NCBI GenBank assembly: GCA_021785355.1 | Contig: JAJYFR010000002.1 | Span: forward strand, 10,529-74,528 | Direction: 5' to 3' | Length of the DNA stretch: 64,000 nucleotides | DNA from: a bacterium | GTDB taxonomy: Bacteria; Patescibacteriota; Dojkabacteria; JAKAPS01; JAJZLI01 | Shown here: piece by piece, positions 19,792 to 32,096 of the stretch | Layout of the letters: each line of letters begins with the position of its first letter | Position numbering within the stretch: position 1 is the stretch's first letter | The notes under the pieces: generated by a model | Database searches by the model: none | What the model was told of the DNA's origin: nothing | What the model saw: only the letters and a program-made list of their open reading frames with translations | Made by a program: the position numbers and the translations under genes

Positions 19792-20544
19792 ATGCTAAAA
19801 AAGATTTTTGTTATATTAATTTTTGTTATACTAACGACATCATTTAATTATGCTCAGACTGTATTTAAAGAATTTCCTAATATATATAAAAATATACATT
19901 CAGGAGATATCGTTTCTTTAGAAAATGGAAAAATAGTCCCATCTCAGAATATAAATGCAAATTCTGTTCTAGGTATAGAATCTAATAATATAATTAATGA
20001 TAGTAATAGCGTTATCCATGTCTTCTCTTCTGGAATTATAAATACCTATGTATCTAATATAAATGGAAATGTGAATAAAGGGGATCATATTACAACTTCT
20101 AGTCTTCCAGGAATAGCAAAAAAATTGAATTCTCAAGGATTAAGTATAGGTGAAGCTGTTCAAAGCTTTAATATTAATAAAGCCACAAGATATAAAAATA
20201 CAAATATATATATAGAGAAAATTCCTATATCTATTAATATAGAATATTTAAATCTTATTAATGGAGCTTCTAATATATATCCTTTTTCATACAATATAGG
20301 AAATACTCTGGGGGTAAAACAGATAAATATATTTCAGATAATCTCTGTACTTATAATTTTATTTATATCCATAATAATATCAGTTACAACTATAATTAAA
20401 AATGCTAGGGATACTGTAAAAAAAACTGCAAGAAACCCTTTAGCAAAAAAAGGAATATTAAATCATTTTTATTTTAAAATACTTATTGCTATGTCTATTT
20501 TCACATTAGGAATCATATTGGGATATCTAATAATAATATTTTAA
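19792..20544 (+). CDS. Exported beta-domain protein with C-terminal ATP synthase subunit-c-like hairpin (paralogue 1)
   Basis: Signal peptide; 'VSNINGNVNKGDHITTSSLPG'; TM-'TARNPLAK'-TM at the C-terminus. Confidence 0.7.
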   Translation: MLKKIFVILIFVILTTSFNYAQTVFKEFPNIYKNIHSGDIVSLENGKIVPSQNINANSVLGIESNNIINDSNSVIHVFSSGIINTYVSNINGNVNKGDHITTSSLPGIAKKLNSQGLSIGEAVQSFNINKATRYKNTNIYIEKIPISINIEYLNLINGASNIYPFSYNIGNTLGVKQINIFQIISVLIILFISIIISVTTIIKNARDTVKKTARNPLAKKGILNHFYFKILIAMSIFTLGIILGYLIIIF

Positions 20545-20801
20545 AAATTAATAAAAACTTCAGCTAAATCATCTTCAAATATAAGTATTCCATTTTTTAT
20601 TTCAATAGAAGTATCTGTTAAAAAATTTTCAACCCTATACCTTATCTCTTTTCCAGTTAACAATGTTATGAAATTTGTATGAGATTTCAATATATCAAAA
20701 TCTCCTAAAGAATTTTTAGAAGAAAAAGAATATACTTTCCCTGAGAATATCTCACCTGATAGAGAAAGTATTTTTAAAAAAAATAATTCTTTACTATCCA
20801 T
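20541..20801 (-). CDS. atpC: F1-ATPase epsilon-like subunit (N-terminal beta-sandwich only)
   Basis: 'GDFDILKSHTNFITLL'; 86 aa, no C-terminal helices; follows atpD. Confidence 0.8.
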   Translation of the reverse strand: MDSKELFFLKILSLSGEIFSGKVYSFSSKNSLGDFDILKSHTNFITLLTGKEIRYRVENFLTDTSIEIKNGILIFEDDLAEVFINF

Positions 20802-20803
20802 AT

Positions 20804-22978
<2,175 letters not shown>

Positions 22979-22982
<4 letters not shown>

Positions 22983-24391
22983 TTATTTTTCTCTGGTATT
23001 AAATACTTAACTAAAGAATCATTTAGATTATCTTTTGAAAAATCTTCAATATATTGAATTTCTTTAACCCTTTCTTTTATATAACTGATATCTTTTATAT
23101 TTAAATCTGGTAAATCGTAGAGAAGTAAAAGTGTTAAAAGAACTCTTTGTTCAAAAAATGTAAAAACCTCACCCATATTTTGAGTAAATAATTCTTGTAA
23201 TTTTTCTCCTAAATATATATCTTCCAGAACACTATCCGAAAGATTTGTGCCAAAATGAGAAAATTTTTCTGACTGAGTATATTTCACTAAAGCCAAATTA
23301 AGTTCATCTGCAATATCTTGCATATATTTACTCTGCACTCTTTTACCTATCCTGGATATAGATATAGAAGAATTAATAGCAGGCCTTCTTCCCTTAAGAA
23401 AAATATCTGTATCAAAAAATATTTGACCATCAGTTATTGATATTATATTAGTCTGTATATAACTAGATATATCATTCTCGTATGTAGATACTATTGGTAA
23501 AGCTGTCAGAGAACCTTTATGTTGTGACGTTATTCCTGCTCTCTCCAGTAACTGAGAATGTTGATAGAAAATATCAGATGGATAAGAATCTCTACCTGGA
23601 GGTGTATTTGAAAGTAAAGATAACTCTCTGTAACTTTTGGCATGCTCTAATAAATCATCGTATACTACAATGACATCTTTTTCTTTCTCCCAAAAATATT
23701 CTGCTATACTACACCCGACAAAAGGTGAGAGATATGATATTACAGGAAGAGAAGTTGAAGGAGAAACAACTACAGTTGTATATTCCATTGCCCCACTATC
23801 TTTTAAATAAGATATAATTGATTGAACATCATCTTTCTTCTTTCCTATAATTACATATACTACTAAAGATTTATCCTTTTGGTTTTTTATTATATCTAGA
23901 ACAAAAGATGTTTTTCCTGTTTTATTATCTCCCAGTATAGCCTCTCTTTGCCCTTTAGCTATTGGAATAAGAGTGTCTACTAATGAAAAACCTGTTTCAA
24001 TCTGAGACGTAATATCAGCTCTTTCCATTACACCAAAAGACTCATGAAAAATTTCTCTACTCTCTTCAAGATCAACTATATTCATAGAATCTAGAGGGTT
24101 TCCAAAAATATCTATAACTCTACCTAAAAGATTAAAACCTACAGAAACTTCAAATTTTGATTTATAAAAAAGAACTATTTCTCCTGATAATATACCCCTA
24201 TTCTCAAGTATTAAAATCAAAGCTTCATCCTCATATATTGACCTAACATAACCTATTGAATCAGATTCAAATATCAATATAGCTCCAACATTTAGATTTC
24301 TAAATCCTTTAACTTTTGCAGTAATACTGTTTATAGAAACAACTTTACCTATACTTGTACCTGTATGAAGAAGATCTTTAAATTTTATCAT
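22979..24391 (-). CDS. atpA: F1-ATPase alpha subunit (short, divergent)
   Basis: 'GQREAILGDNKTGKT', 'VYDDL', 'PPGRDSYPSDIFYQHSQLLER', 'ISITDGQIF', 'SISRIG'. Confidence 0.94.
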
Positions 24392-24866
24392 TATTAATTA
24401 TACTAATTATTTTATCTGTATTTGCATTTAAAACTGAATCAAAAGAATAATCTAGATACTTTGAAGAAGTTTCTAATATTATTCCTCCTCCTATTGAATC
24501 TTTAATTCTATATTTTAATAAAACATCTTTATCTATATTTTTTTGAAAATATTCTTTTAATTTAAATTTAAAACCTTCATCTATTTCTTTTGATAAAAAT
24601 ATTGTTATTATTTTTGCATTATTTTTTATATATAACAAAGAGTCTTTAATCTTATTCATTGACACTGAATTTTTAAATACATCTCCATATATATTCTCAA
24701 TAATACCTTTCAGTGTCATATCAATATTTAAAATATCTTCCCCTTCATCTTTTATTTTATCTTTCAAATTTAAATCTAATAAAGAATTTATATACTCCTC
24801 TATAGATATTAAAAATATTTCTAATTCTTCAAAATCTTTTATTTGATAAAACAAATTATAATCCAT
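24378..24866 (-). CDS. atpH: F-ATPase delta/OSCP-like subunit
   Basis: C-terminal 'IKDSIGGGIILETSSKYLDYS'; position before atpA. Confidence 0.7.
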   Translation of the reverse strand: MDYNLFYQIKDFEELEIFLISIEEYINSLLDLNLKDKIKDEGEDILNIDMTLKGIIENIYGDVFKNSVSMNKIKDSLLYIKNNAKIITIFLSKEIDEGFKFKLKEYFQKNIDKDVLLKYRIKDSIGGGIILETSSKYLDYSFDSVLNANTDKIISIINNDKI

Positions 24867-25614
24867 CTTTGATTTCTTCTATATGTTTATTTAATACATC
24901 AAAGATATACTCTTCCTGATCTTTCAAGGATACAGACAAATTCAATACTTCTTTAACAACTTTATTAACAACTAATACAGCATCTTTATTTAAAGAATCT
25001 ATTATTTGCTGCCTTACTTTAGATGATTCATCCTTAATCTCATCAGTAAGAGAATTAAACTTAGATGTCTCCTCACTTACCATTTGACTTATCATAGATG
25101 TAGTTTTTTCTTCAATTTCTCTTAAATCTTTATCATATAGCTCTAAATTCATTTTTGAAAAATTAGATAAATTAGTTTGAGTTTTATCCGATATATCTTG
25201 AAATAAAATATTTAAAGAATGTTCAAAATTACTCAAGACTTTATCATAAATATTTTTAAAATCATTAGACTTATCATTAAATGAATTTATAGAAGTTTCA
25301 ATTTTAGAAGTAAAATCAGAATTAATAGCTTCAATATTTTTCTCTTTAATATTGATTGAATTTTCAATTTCTTTTAATTTTATTTCATATATTTTACGTA
25401 TATCATTTTCAAATTCTAAAGAAAGATTATCATACATTGTATTCATTTTATCTATTAGATTTTTTGATGACAAAGATAGTGATTTTTTTATATCCTGCTC
25501 CTCTTCTTTTAGGGAAGAATTTATAAAAGAATTATTTTTCTTTTTGAGAACAAAATATATAACCAGTAAAACTAGAAGAAAAAATAATAGTATATAAAGA
25601 TAATAATATAACAT
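24856..25614 (-). CDS. atpF: Elongated F-ATPase b-like peripheral stalk subunit
   Basis: N-terminal TM, long coiled coil, b-type C-terminus 'VNKVVKEVLNLSVSLKDQEEYIFDVL'; 252 aa. Confidence 0.6.
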   Translation of the reverse strand: MLYYYLYILLFFLLVLLVIYFVLKKKNNSFINSSLKEEEQDIKKSLSLSSKNLIDKMNTMYDNLSLEFENDIRKIYEIKLKEIENSINIKEKNIEAINSDFTSKIETSINSFNDKSNDFKNIYDKVLSNFEHSLNILFQDISDKTQTNLSNFSKMNLELYDKDLREIEEKTTSMISQMVSEETSKFNSLTDEIKDESSKVRQQIIDSLNKDAVLVVNKVVKEVLNLSVSLKDQEEYIFDVLNKHIEEIKDGL

Positions 25615-25660
25615 AAATATATATAAATTATATTAACAATTTAGCATTTAAAAATTTTAT

Positions 25661-26407
25661 TTACAACAGAATATAAATAAAATATATAATAAAAAGTAAT
25701 ATATTGAATATGAATATATATAAATTAAGAGTTGTATGATCTAAAGCTAAAATAATAGCAGATATTATATATAAAACCAGATAATCTCTTATAAATCTTA
25801 AAATATTTTTAAATTTAGAATCATTCCTAATTTTTCTTACAAAGAACAAGAAAAGCATTGTCCCTAAAATAATTACAGATATTAAGATATTAATAGCACC
25901 AATTATAAATCCAGGAGTATCTATAGATCCAAATATATTATAATTAGTACTACTATTAGGATAATAAAAAATATTTATAGATTTTTTTATAACAATAGGA
26001 TACTCAGTATATGTTGTATCAAGAGCAATAACATTATACATTAAAGGTTTATTATAACTGGACTCCAAGAAAGCTATAGCTTCTCCATTCTTATTAGTAG
26101 GATTTTTAGGCTGAGTTATTATAAGCGAGTCTTTTTCCTGAGCAGATGAAAGTATAACTCTTTGATTAGATAAAGGATGATCTTTATTTGAAAAAACAAA
26201 AATCTTAACTTCTACCCTCTTTTTATAATACAAATTATTAGAAGAGAGTGATATTTTTGTGTTATTTGCTATTAAATTAGACCAATTCAATAAAAGAGGA
26301 GTATAACCTCCTACAGTTACACTACTTGCATTTATTGGTTTTACAAAAAATATAAATACTAATAGTAATAATATTACCTTTTTAAGAATCTGGAAACGAT
26401 TTGCCAT
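25661..26407 (-). CDS. Exported Ig-like (Big_1/invasin-type) domain protein with three C-terminal TM helices
   Basis: Probable start ATG 26407; 'KDHPLSNQRVILSS...TNKNGEAIAFLES'; hydrophobic C-terminus. Confidence 0.6.
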   Translation of the reverse strand: MANRFQILKKVILLLLVFIFFVKPINASSVTVGGYTPLLLNWSNLIANNTKISLSSNNLYYKKRVEVKIFVFSNKDHPLSNQRVILSSAQEKDSLIITQPKNPTNKNGEAIAFLESSYNKPLMYNVIALDTTYTEYPIVIKKSINIFYYPNSSTNYNIFGSIDTPGFIIGAINILISVIILGTMLFLFFVRKIRNDSKFKNILRFIRDYLVLYIISAIILALDHTTLNLYIFIFNILLFIIYFIYILL

Positions 26408-27315
26408 AATAAAAAGATAAATAACAAAACTAATAAAAATATAAACCATAGAGGTAATACCCAAAATGTGCTAGTACTTTGAGTTGTAGTTATTGTATTA
26501 TAACCATATGTTAGAATTAGTTTAGCAGTATACTGTCCTAAAAGAAGATTTGATGAATTCCAAGTAGTATTATATATCCTACTATTAACTCCCACTGGAA
26601 GTACTATATTTTTTTGAGGATTGAAAGCTATTGTCTGAATTTTATCTCCAAACATATTATAAATCTCAATAATACCTTGAGGCAATAAATGTACATTACC
26701 TGTATCTACAAATTGGGTTTGAAATTTAACAGGAGTTGAAAGATAAAAGAAATTATTAGCTGAAAATGATTTTATATATCCTGTCTCTTTAGCTAAACCG
26801 TTTATTCTGACTAGAAATAATGAACCTACTGCAGTATTTAGTAATACATTTCCTTGAGACACTCCATTATTAATTTTAGCAAAAACTCCAATAAAATATT
26901 CTCCAGGAAGTGCATTCGAAGAAGCAGATATATTAATGCTCAAATCTGTAGGCACATGAGGAGGTATTAGAGTATTACCATTAGTACTTAACGAAAGATC
27001 TGGATCATTTATATTTCCTACAAAAACTTTCTCAAATTTGGGTTGACCAAATTCATTTGCAGATACAAAATTAGCAAATATAGCACTTACATTTACAGCA
27101 CTATTACTATTATTATAAACCGTGATATCTTGTACTAAACTTTGACCTTTATTAATATTTACATCTGTTAGTATAGGAGAGACAGTTATACCGCCAACAC
27201 TTGCACCTTCTTTTGAAGAATTTGAGTTATTTATATTTCCTACAAAACTACTTTGAGCATAAAGAGGAGATGGCAGTATAAATAACAAAAGTAAAATTAA
27301 TAATATTTTTTTCAT
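26374..27315 (-). CDS. DUF916/DUF3324-like (WxL-interacting, chaperone-like) protein with C-terminal membrane anchor
   Basis: Signal peptide; 'ITVSP', 'ALPGEYFIGVF', 'FVDTGNVHLLPQG.IEIYNMFG', 'GQYTAKLILTYG', TM plus basic tail. Confidence 0.75.
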   Translation of the reverse strand: MKKILLILLLLFILPSPLYAQSSFVGNINNSNSSKEGASVGGITVSPILTDVNINKGQSLVQDITVYNNSNSAVNVSAIFANFVSANEFGQPKFEKVFVGNINDPDLSLSTNGNTLIPPHVPTDLSINISASSNALPGEYFIGVFAKINNGVSQGNVLLNTAVGSLFLVRINGLAKETGYIKSFSANNFFYLSTPVKFQTQFVDTGNVHLLPQGIIEIYNMFGDKIQTIAFNPQKNIVLPVGVNSRIYNTTWNSSNLLLGQYTAKLILTYGYNTITTTQSTSTFWVLPLWFIFLLVLLFIFLLWQIVSRFLKR

Positions 27316-27326
27316 GCAATTTCATA

Positions 27327-28427
27327 TTAGAAGTTACCACTAGCTAGATATGTAACATTATCTGTATAGATACCGGCAGGCGTCACAACTGAAATAGCTG
27401 AAAGATAATTCACTTGTAAAGTAACTAAGTATATTGGTGAAGTTGTACTTGCAAGTAATGTAGGTGCAAGATTCAATCCTCCAACTGAATCACCTGTTCC
27501 ATTATATGGTGAAGCAACAGTAAGCGTTCCTACAACTCCTCCAGAACCAGCAGTTGAAGTTACTGCTGAATTTACTCCATATCCTTCTGTCCCTGCAGCA
27601 AGAGTTGCTGTTGCACTAGGAATAGTATGTGTTGCTAAAGAATTATATAAACCTGGATTAGTACCATTGCCTTGATCATATACAGTCACACTAGCACCTG
27701 ATCTAGCATTTGTTGATAAAGTAAGTGTTGTAGCAGGAGAAGAAGTATTAACTGATCCTATTTGCAAAACTCCAAAATTTGTAGCATTAGAAGACAATGC
27801 AAAAGTTATCTCAGGAGTTACTCTTGCTGTAACAGCAACTGTGCTATTAGATAATATAGGTACAGCTAAATATCCATCATCTGATGCAGAATCTGTAACA
27901 TCTATAACATATTCATTCACAGAAGTAGATGCATCAGGAGGATTAGTTGCAGTTATACCATTAATGACAATAGCATTTCCAGATGCAATTGCAGCTGTAG
28001 TTGTTATGACAACTTCAGTAAATGTATATCCTGAAAAATTAGAATCTGATACACCTGTAGTTACTACAAAATTCGTATTTGTAGCAACTGTAGTCCCTGC
28101 AGCCGTAACAGTTGCGCCTGAAGAAACAGCTACTGCAGAAAATCCTGTATTAGTCTGCCCACCTCCTACCGTAGAACCTGTTTGAAAATACACATTTATT
28201 GTAGATCCTGTACCAAGTGCAGTAGGTGCTGTATATGTAATTTTATGATTAACTCCTGTTGCAGATATAGATTCAGGACCATTTGTTCCTATACCTGAAG
28301 AAGATAATGTGTCAGATATTGGAGAAAGTGATGCTGCATTTAAACTAAAAAACTCTAAGAATGGAGATAGTGAAACCACTAAAACCATAGATAAAAATAA
28401 CATGAAAGCTTTTCTTGTTTTATACAT
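27327..28427 (-). CDS. Secreted Ser/Thr/Ala-rich protein with C-terminal WxL-like domain (candidate major fibre subunit)
   Basis: Signal peptide; 'VTPEITFALS', 'STNARSG', 'GTEGYG', end 'TPAGIYTDNVTYLASGNF'. Confidence 0.75.
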   Translation of the reverse strand: MYKTRKAFMLFLSMVLVVSLSPFLEFFSLNAASLSPISDTLSSSGIGTNGPESISATGVNHKITYTAPTALGTGSTINVYFQTGSTVGGGQTNTGFSAVAVSSGATVTAAGTTVATNTNFVVTTGVSDSNFSGYTFTEVVITTTAAIASGNAIVINGITATNPPDASTSVNEYVIDVTDSASDDGYLAVPILSNSTVAVTARVTPEITFALSSNATNFGVLQIGSVNTSSPATTLTLSTNARSGASVTVYDQGNGTNPGLYNSLATHTIPSATATLAAGTEGYGVNSAVTSTAGSGGVVGTLTVASPYNGTGDSVGGLNLAPTLLASTTSPIYLVTLQVNYLSAISVVTPAGIYTDNVTYLASGNF

Positions 28428-28510
28428 ATGCGCACTAAATTAATAATATTAAAATCTATTACAAAAACTCTATATTAAATGAAATAATATGTCAATAGTT
28501 TTTTTAATAT

Positions 28511-29302
28511 TTAAAATATTAATATTAAATATCCTAATACTAAAGTTACCATAAAAATAAATATTAGGGATATAATAATAAAAACAAGATTTTTTTCTAT
28601 AGAATCTTTTGATAAAGGATTTCTAGATATACCCAATAAAGAGTGTTTTAAAGAGACACTAACTCCATATATAAGAGTAAATACACCAACTGATATTATT
28701 AAAATAGCTATAAGAGAGTTAAAAAAAGAAACATTTTTTCCAACAACTGCTTTACCAAATGAAAGTAATATTCCCGAAAAATTATTATTATATGTAAAAT
28801 ATGATATTCCTAAAAGAACAGGTATTTTTTCTACTAAAATTTGAACACTCTTCCCATTTTGAAAAATAGTTTTTTTATATAAAAAATGTGAGAATGAAAA
28901 ATTACTCAAAGCTTTTCCTAAAATTTTTCCACTCTGGGTATCTTTTTCCCCGACACCAGGGATAATAGAAGATGTTATATAATCCCCTTTTTTAATAACT
29001 CCATTAATATTTGAAACTAAAACATTAACAGTTCCAGAACTTACAACAGGAACATTGCCAGATATACCGGTTGTAATATTACTTTTATAATCAACTACAC
29101 CTACAAGATTATTATCATTCGGAGATGTAGTTGGATATACACCTAATACAATATTATTTCCTCCAACAGAAACTATTGAATTATTTGAAATATTTTTTAC
29201 TAATGGAGCAAAATATTGAGATATACTCTGAGCATAAAGAGAAGAAGATAGAAAAAATAATATAGTTAATATATAAAAACTGATTTTAAAAAATTTATAC
29301 AT
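28511..29302 (-). CDS. Exported beta-domain protein with C-terminal subunit-c-like hairpin (paralogue 2)
   Basis: Signal peptide; 'VSNINGVIKKGDYITSSIIPG'; TM-'GISRNPLSK'-TM; clearly similar to 19792-20544. Confidence 0.7.
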   Translation of the reverse strand: MYKFFKISFYILTILFFLSSSLYAQSISQYFAPLVKNISNNSIVSVGGNNIVLGVYPTTSPNDNNLVGVVDYKSNITTGISGNVPVVSSGTVNVLVSNINGVIKKGDYITSSIIPGVGEKDTQSGKILGKALSNFSFSHFLYKKTIFQNGKSVQILVEKIPVLLGISYFTYNNNFSGILLSFGKAVVGKNVSFFNSLIAILIISVGVFTLIYGVSVSLKHSLLGISRNPLSKDSIEKNLVFIIISLIFIFMVTLVLGYLILIF

Positions 29303-29330
29303 ATTATTATATTATTTGAAATCCCAATAA

Positions 29331-29358
29331 TTGACAATAACACAACCTATTATATAAT
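29331..29358 (+). promoter_or_regulatory. Sigma70 consensus promoter TTGACA-N16-TATAAT, 6 nt before ATG 29365
   Basis: ttgaca at 29331-29336, tataat at 29353-29358. Confidence 0.7.
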
Positions 29359-29364
29359 TAAACT

Positions 29365-31209
29365 ATGAAAAAAATGTTTTCTCTGTTATTTATAATTTTT
29401 ATATTTTTTGTATTAGCATCTATATTTACTCTTAATGCAGCACGATCAACTCCCATAGAAGACATTATGAGTAATAACACAGTATCTGCACAAAGCAATA
29501 ATAACCTTCTTATTACAGCACAATCAGGTCTTCCAGCTAATGCATCTATTACAATAGTATTTCCATCTGCTTTTAGTTCTATTAATACATCTGCTGCGAC
29601 TATAAATCTTACAGGGGGAGCATTTAGTGTATCTGGAAATACTATAACTATAACAACAACTACACCTATAGAAGCTCCTGGATTTCAAATTAATATAAAT
29701 GGAATAACTGCTATAAATCCTGCAACCGCATCAAGTACAACTACTCAATATATTATAAATTTTTCAGATACAGCAGGAGATAGTGCAGGAATTGGTGTTG
29801 TTATAATTCCTTCATCAGGATATGGTTCTGGACCAGCTGGAGATAAATATGAGCAAGCTATTACAATAAATAGTACTAACACAAGTACTCTAACTAATTA
29901 CCAAGTTAAAGTAACTCTAAATACTCAAGCATTAATTACAGCAGGAGAGATGAGATCTGATTGTGCTGACATCAGATTTACAGATTCTTCTGGAAACCTA
30001 CTTCAATATTGGCTAGAAGGAGGATGTAATACATCTACAACTCAAATTTGGGTAAAAATACCTAGCATAACTGCATCTGCAAATACAATTATATATTTAT
30101 ATTATGGATCTCCTAATGCAGTATCTACAAGTAATGGAGGTGCGACTTTTAACTATTTTGACCAAGGAAATTCTATTTCTAATTGGGTTCAAGTAGGTTC
30201 TGCAGGACAAATCACATCTATAGGAGATCCTTCTCCTTCATATTATACTAACAGTATAAATGGAGATTATATGTATGAGAATATAGGGCTTACACCTAAT
30301 GAAGCTGTAATATTTAATGGGAATACAACTGTTCTTGGAGATTTTTATTTTCTTACAAATTCTACAGGGGCAGGACAGATGTATAGATTTGGAATTAGTG
30401 CTGGTTGGTTTGGTTTTGCAACAACAAATTCTTGGACATCATGGAATTCACCTGGAGGCTCAGGTCTTCTTTCGAATACTTGGTATAAATTTGAAATAGC
30501 AATTACTTCTTCTACTTCAGCATCTTTATATTACAAACAGACTACAGGAGACTCTCCTTTAATTAACGGTACTCTACTTTCTACAAATACAATTATTAAT
30601 GACGGAGGATATATTGGTCTAATAGGAGATGCCGCTGGAACAGGTATAACTTATTGGGATAATATTATTGTTCGACAATACTCTTCTCCAGAACCAACAA
30701 CAACTATCTCTTCTTCTGTTACTAATCTTAACAACAACCAAGTAGAATTAACATTGAATGTTACTCCATATATTACATTTGGAGTAAGTTCTAATAGTGT
30801 TAATTTAGGAATAGTCTCTTATATAAATCCTACTGTACAGAACAATACTCTTTCTCTTACAACAAATGCTACTAATGGTGCTAATATAACTGTACAAGAT
30901 CAATATGCTGGATTATATAATTCTCTTGCTTCATACACTATTCCATCTATAACAGAAACTCTTGCTTCCGGAATAGAAGGATATGGAATTAATGCAAATT
31001 CTTCAAATATGTCTATCTCTTTTCCTTTTAGTGGTACGGGAGATAGTATTGGAGGATTAAGTATCTCTCCTGCAGAAATACTTTCATATATCTCTACTCC
31101 TATTCAATCAGGAAGTGTTAATGTTAACTATATTGCATCAGCCTCCAATATTACTCCTACAGGAATATATTCTGACAACATTACCTTTATTGCTACTGGA
31201 AATTTCTAA
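29365..31209 (+). CDS. Secreted protein: paralogue of 27327-28427 with inserted DUF2341 and lectin-like region; C-terminal WxL-like domain
   Basis: 'DCADIRFTDSSGNLLQYWLE...IWVKIP...IYLYYG' (DUF2341); end 'TPTGIYSDNITFIATGNF'. Confidence 0.8.
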   Translation: MKKMFSLLFIIFIFFVLASIFTLNAARSTPIEDIMSNNTVSAQSNNNLLITAQSGLPANASITIVFPSAFSSINTSAATINLTGGAFSVSGNTITITTTTPIEAPGFQININGITAINPATASSTTTQYIINFSDTAGDSAGIGVVIIPSSGYGSGPAGDKYEQAITINSTNTSTLTNYQVKVTLNTQALITAGEMRSDCADIRFTDSSGNLLQYWLEGGCNTSTTQIWVKIPSITASANTIIYLYYGSPNAVSTSNGGATFNYFDQGNSISNWVQVGSAGQITSIGDPSPSYYTNSINGDYMYENIGLTPNEAVIFNGNTTVLGDFYFLTNSTGAGQMYRFGISAGWFGFATTNSWTSWNSPGGSGLLSNTWYKFEIAITSSTSASLYYKQTTGDSPLINGTLLSTNTIINDGGYIGLIGDAAGTGITYWDNIIVRQYSSPEPTTTISSSVTNLNNNQVELTLNVTPYITFGVSSNSVNLGIVSYINPTVQNNTLSLTTNATNGANITVQDQYAGLYNSLASYTIPSITETLASGIEGYGINANSSNMSISFPFSGTGDSIGGLSISPAEILSYISTPIQSGSVNVNYIASASNITPTGIYSDNITFIATGNF

Positions 31210-31211
31210 AA

Positions 31212-32096
31212 ATGAAAAAATTAATACCTATTATAGTCTTTCTAATTATACTTATACCTCAAAGAATATTTGCCTCTACTAACTATAATACTCTTACCCT
31301 CACTCCTACTCTTACAAGAATTTCTTTATCAAGAGGAGATATATACAAAGGAAAAATCAAAATAATAAATAATTCTGTAAAAACAGCATATATAAGTGTA
31401 GGAATAGTAGGATTTAGACAAAATGGAAATAGTAATACCCCCTTATTTTCAAAAAAAATTAATAATAAATCTCAGGCAATTCATTGGGTACATATAAAAA
31501 ATATACAAAGCATAAAAGGGAATACAAACTTAGAATTAAAATATATTATAAATATACCTACCAATGCATCTTCAGGTGGACATTATATAGCAATAATAAT
31601 AAATAAAAGGATAGGAAATACCAATATTGAAGAATCTTTAAGATCACTAATTATTATAGATATTAAAGGTAAAATGAAAATCTCAGGATTTGTAAAAACA
31701 TTTTCTACATCAAATTTTTTTAATTTTTCAAATAAAATAGTATTTAATATAAATTTTGAAAATACAGGAGATATAGAACTTGCTCCTCAAGGTTTTATAA
31801 TAATAAAAAATTTATGGGGAGGTGTTGTAAAAATTATACCTATAAATCCAACAGGTTCTTTAGATCTATCTCATTCTCAAAGAAAATATCAAAACATATG
31901 GAATAATAAAGGATTTTTATATGACAGCGGAATATATAATGCACAATTGATACTTAATTATGGATATGGAAGTACTTTTTATAATATAAATAAAAATATA
32001 AAATTTTACATAATTAATCCTTTGTATGTAATTATATTATTAGGTATAATAATATTTATATATATAATAATAAAAAAGAAATGGGGAAAAAAATAA
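31212..32096 (+). CDS. DUF916/DUF3324-like partner protein with C-terminal TM
   Basis: 'IPTNASSGGHYIAI', 'FENTGDIELAPQG', 'GIYNAQLILNYG', TM plus KKK. Confidence 0.75.
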   Translation: MKKLIPIIVFLIILIPQRIFASTNYNTLTLTPTLTRISLSRGDIYKGKIKIINNSVKTAYISVGIVGFRQNGNSNTPLFSKKINNKSQAIHWVHIKNIQSIKGNTNLELKYIINIPTNASSGGHYIAIIINKRIGNTNIEESLRSLIIIDIKGKMKISGFVKTFSTSNFFNFSNKIVFNINFENTGDIELAPQGFIIIKNLWGGVVKIIPINPTGSLDLSHSQRKYQNIWNNKGFLYDSGIYNAQLILNYGYGSTFYNINKNIKFYIINPLYVIILLGIIIFIYIIIKKKWGKK

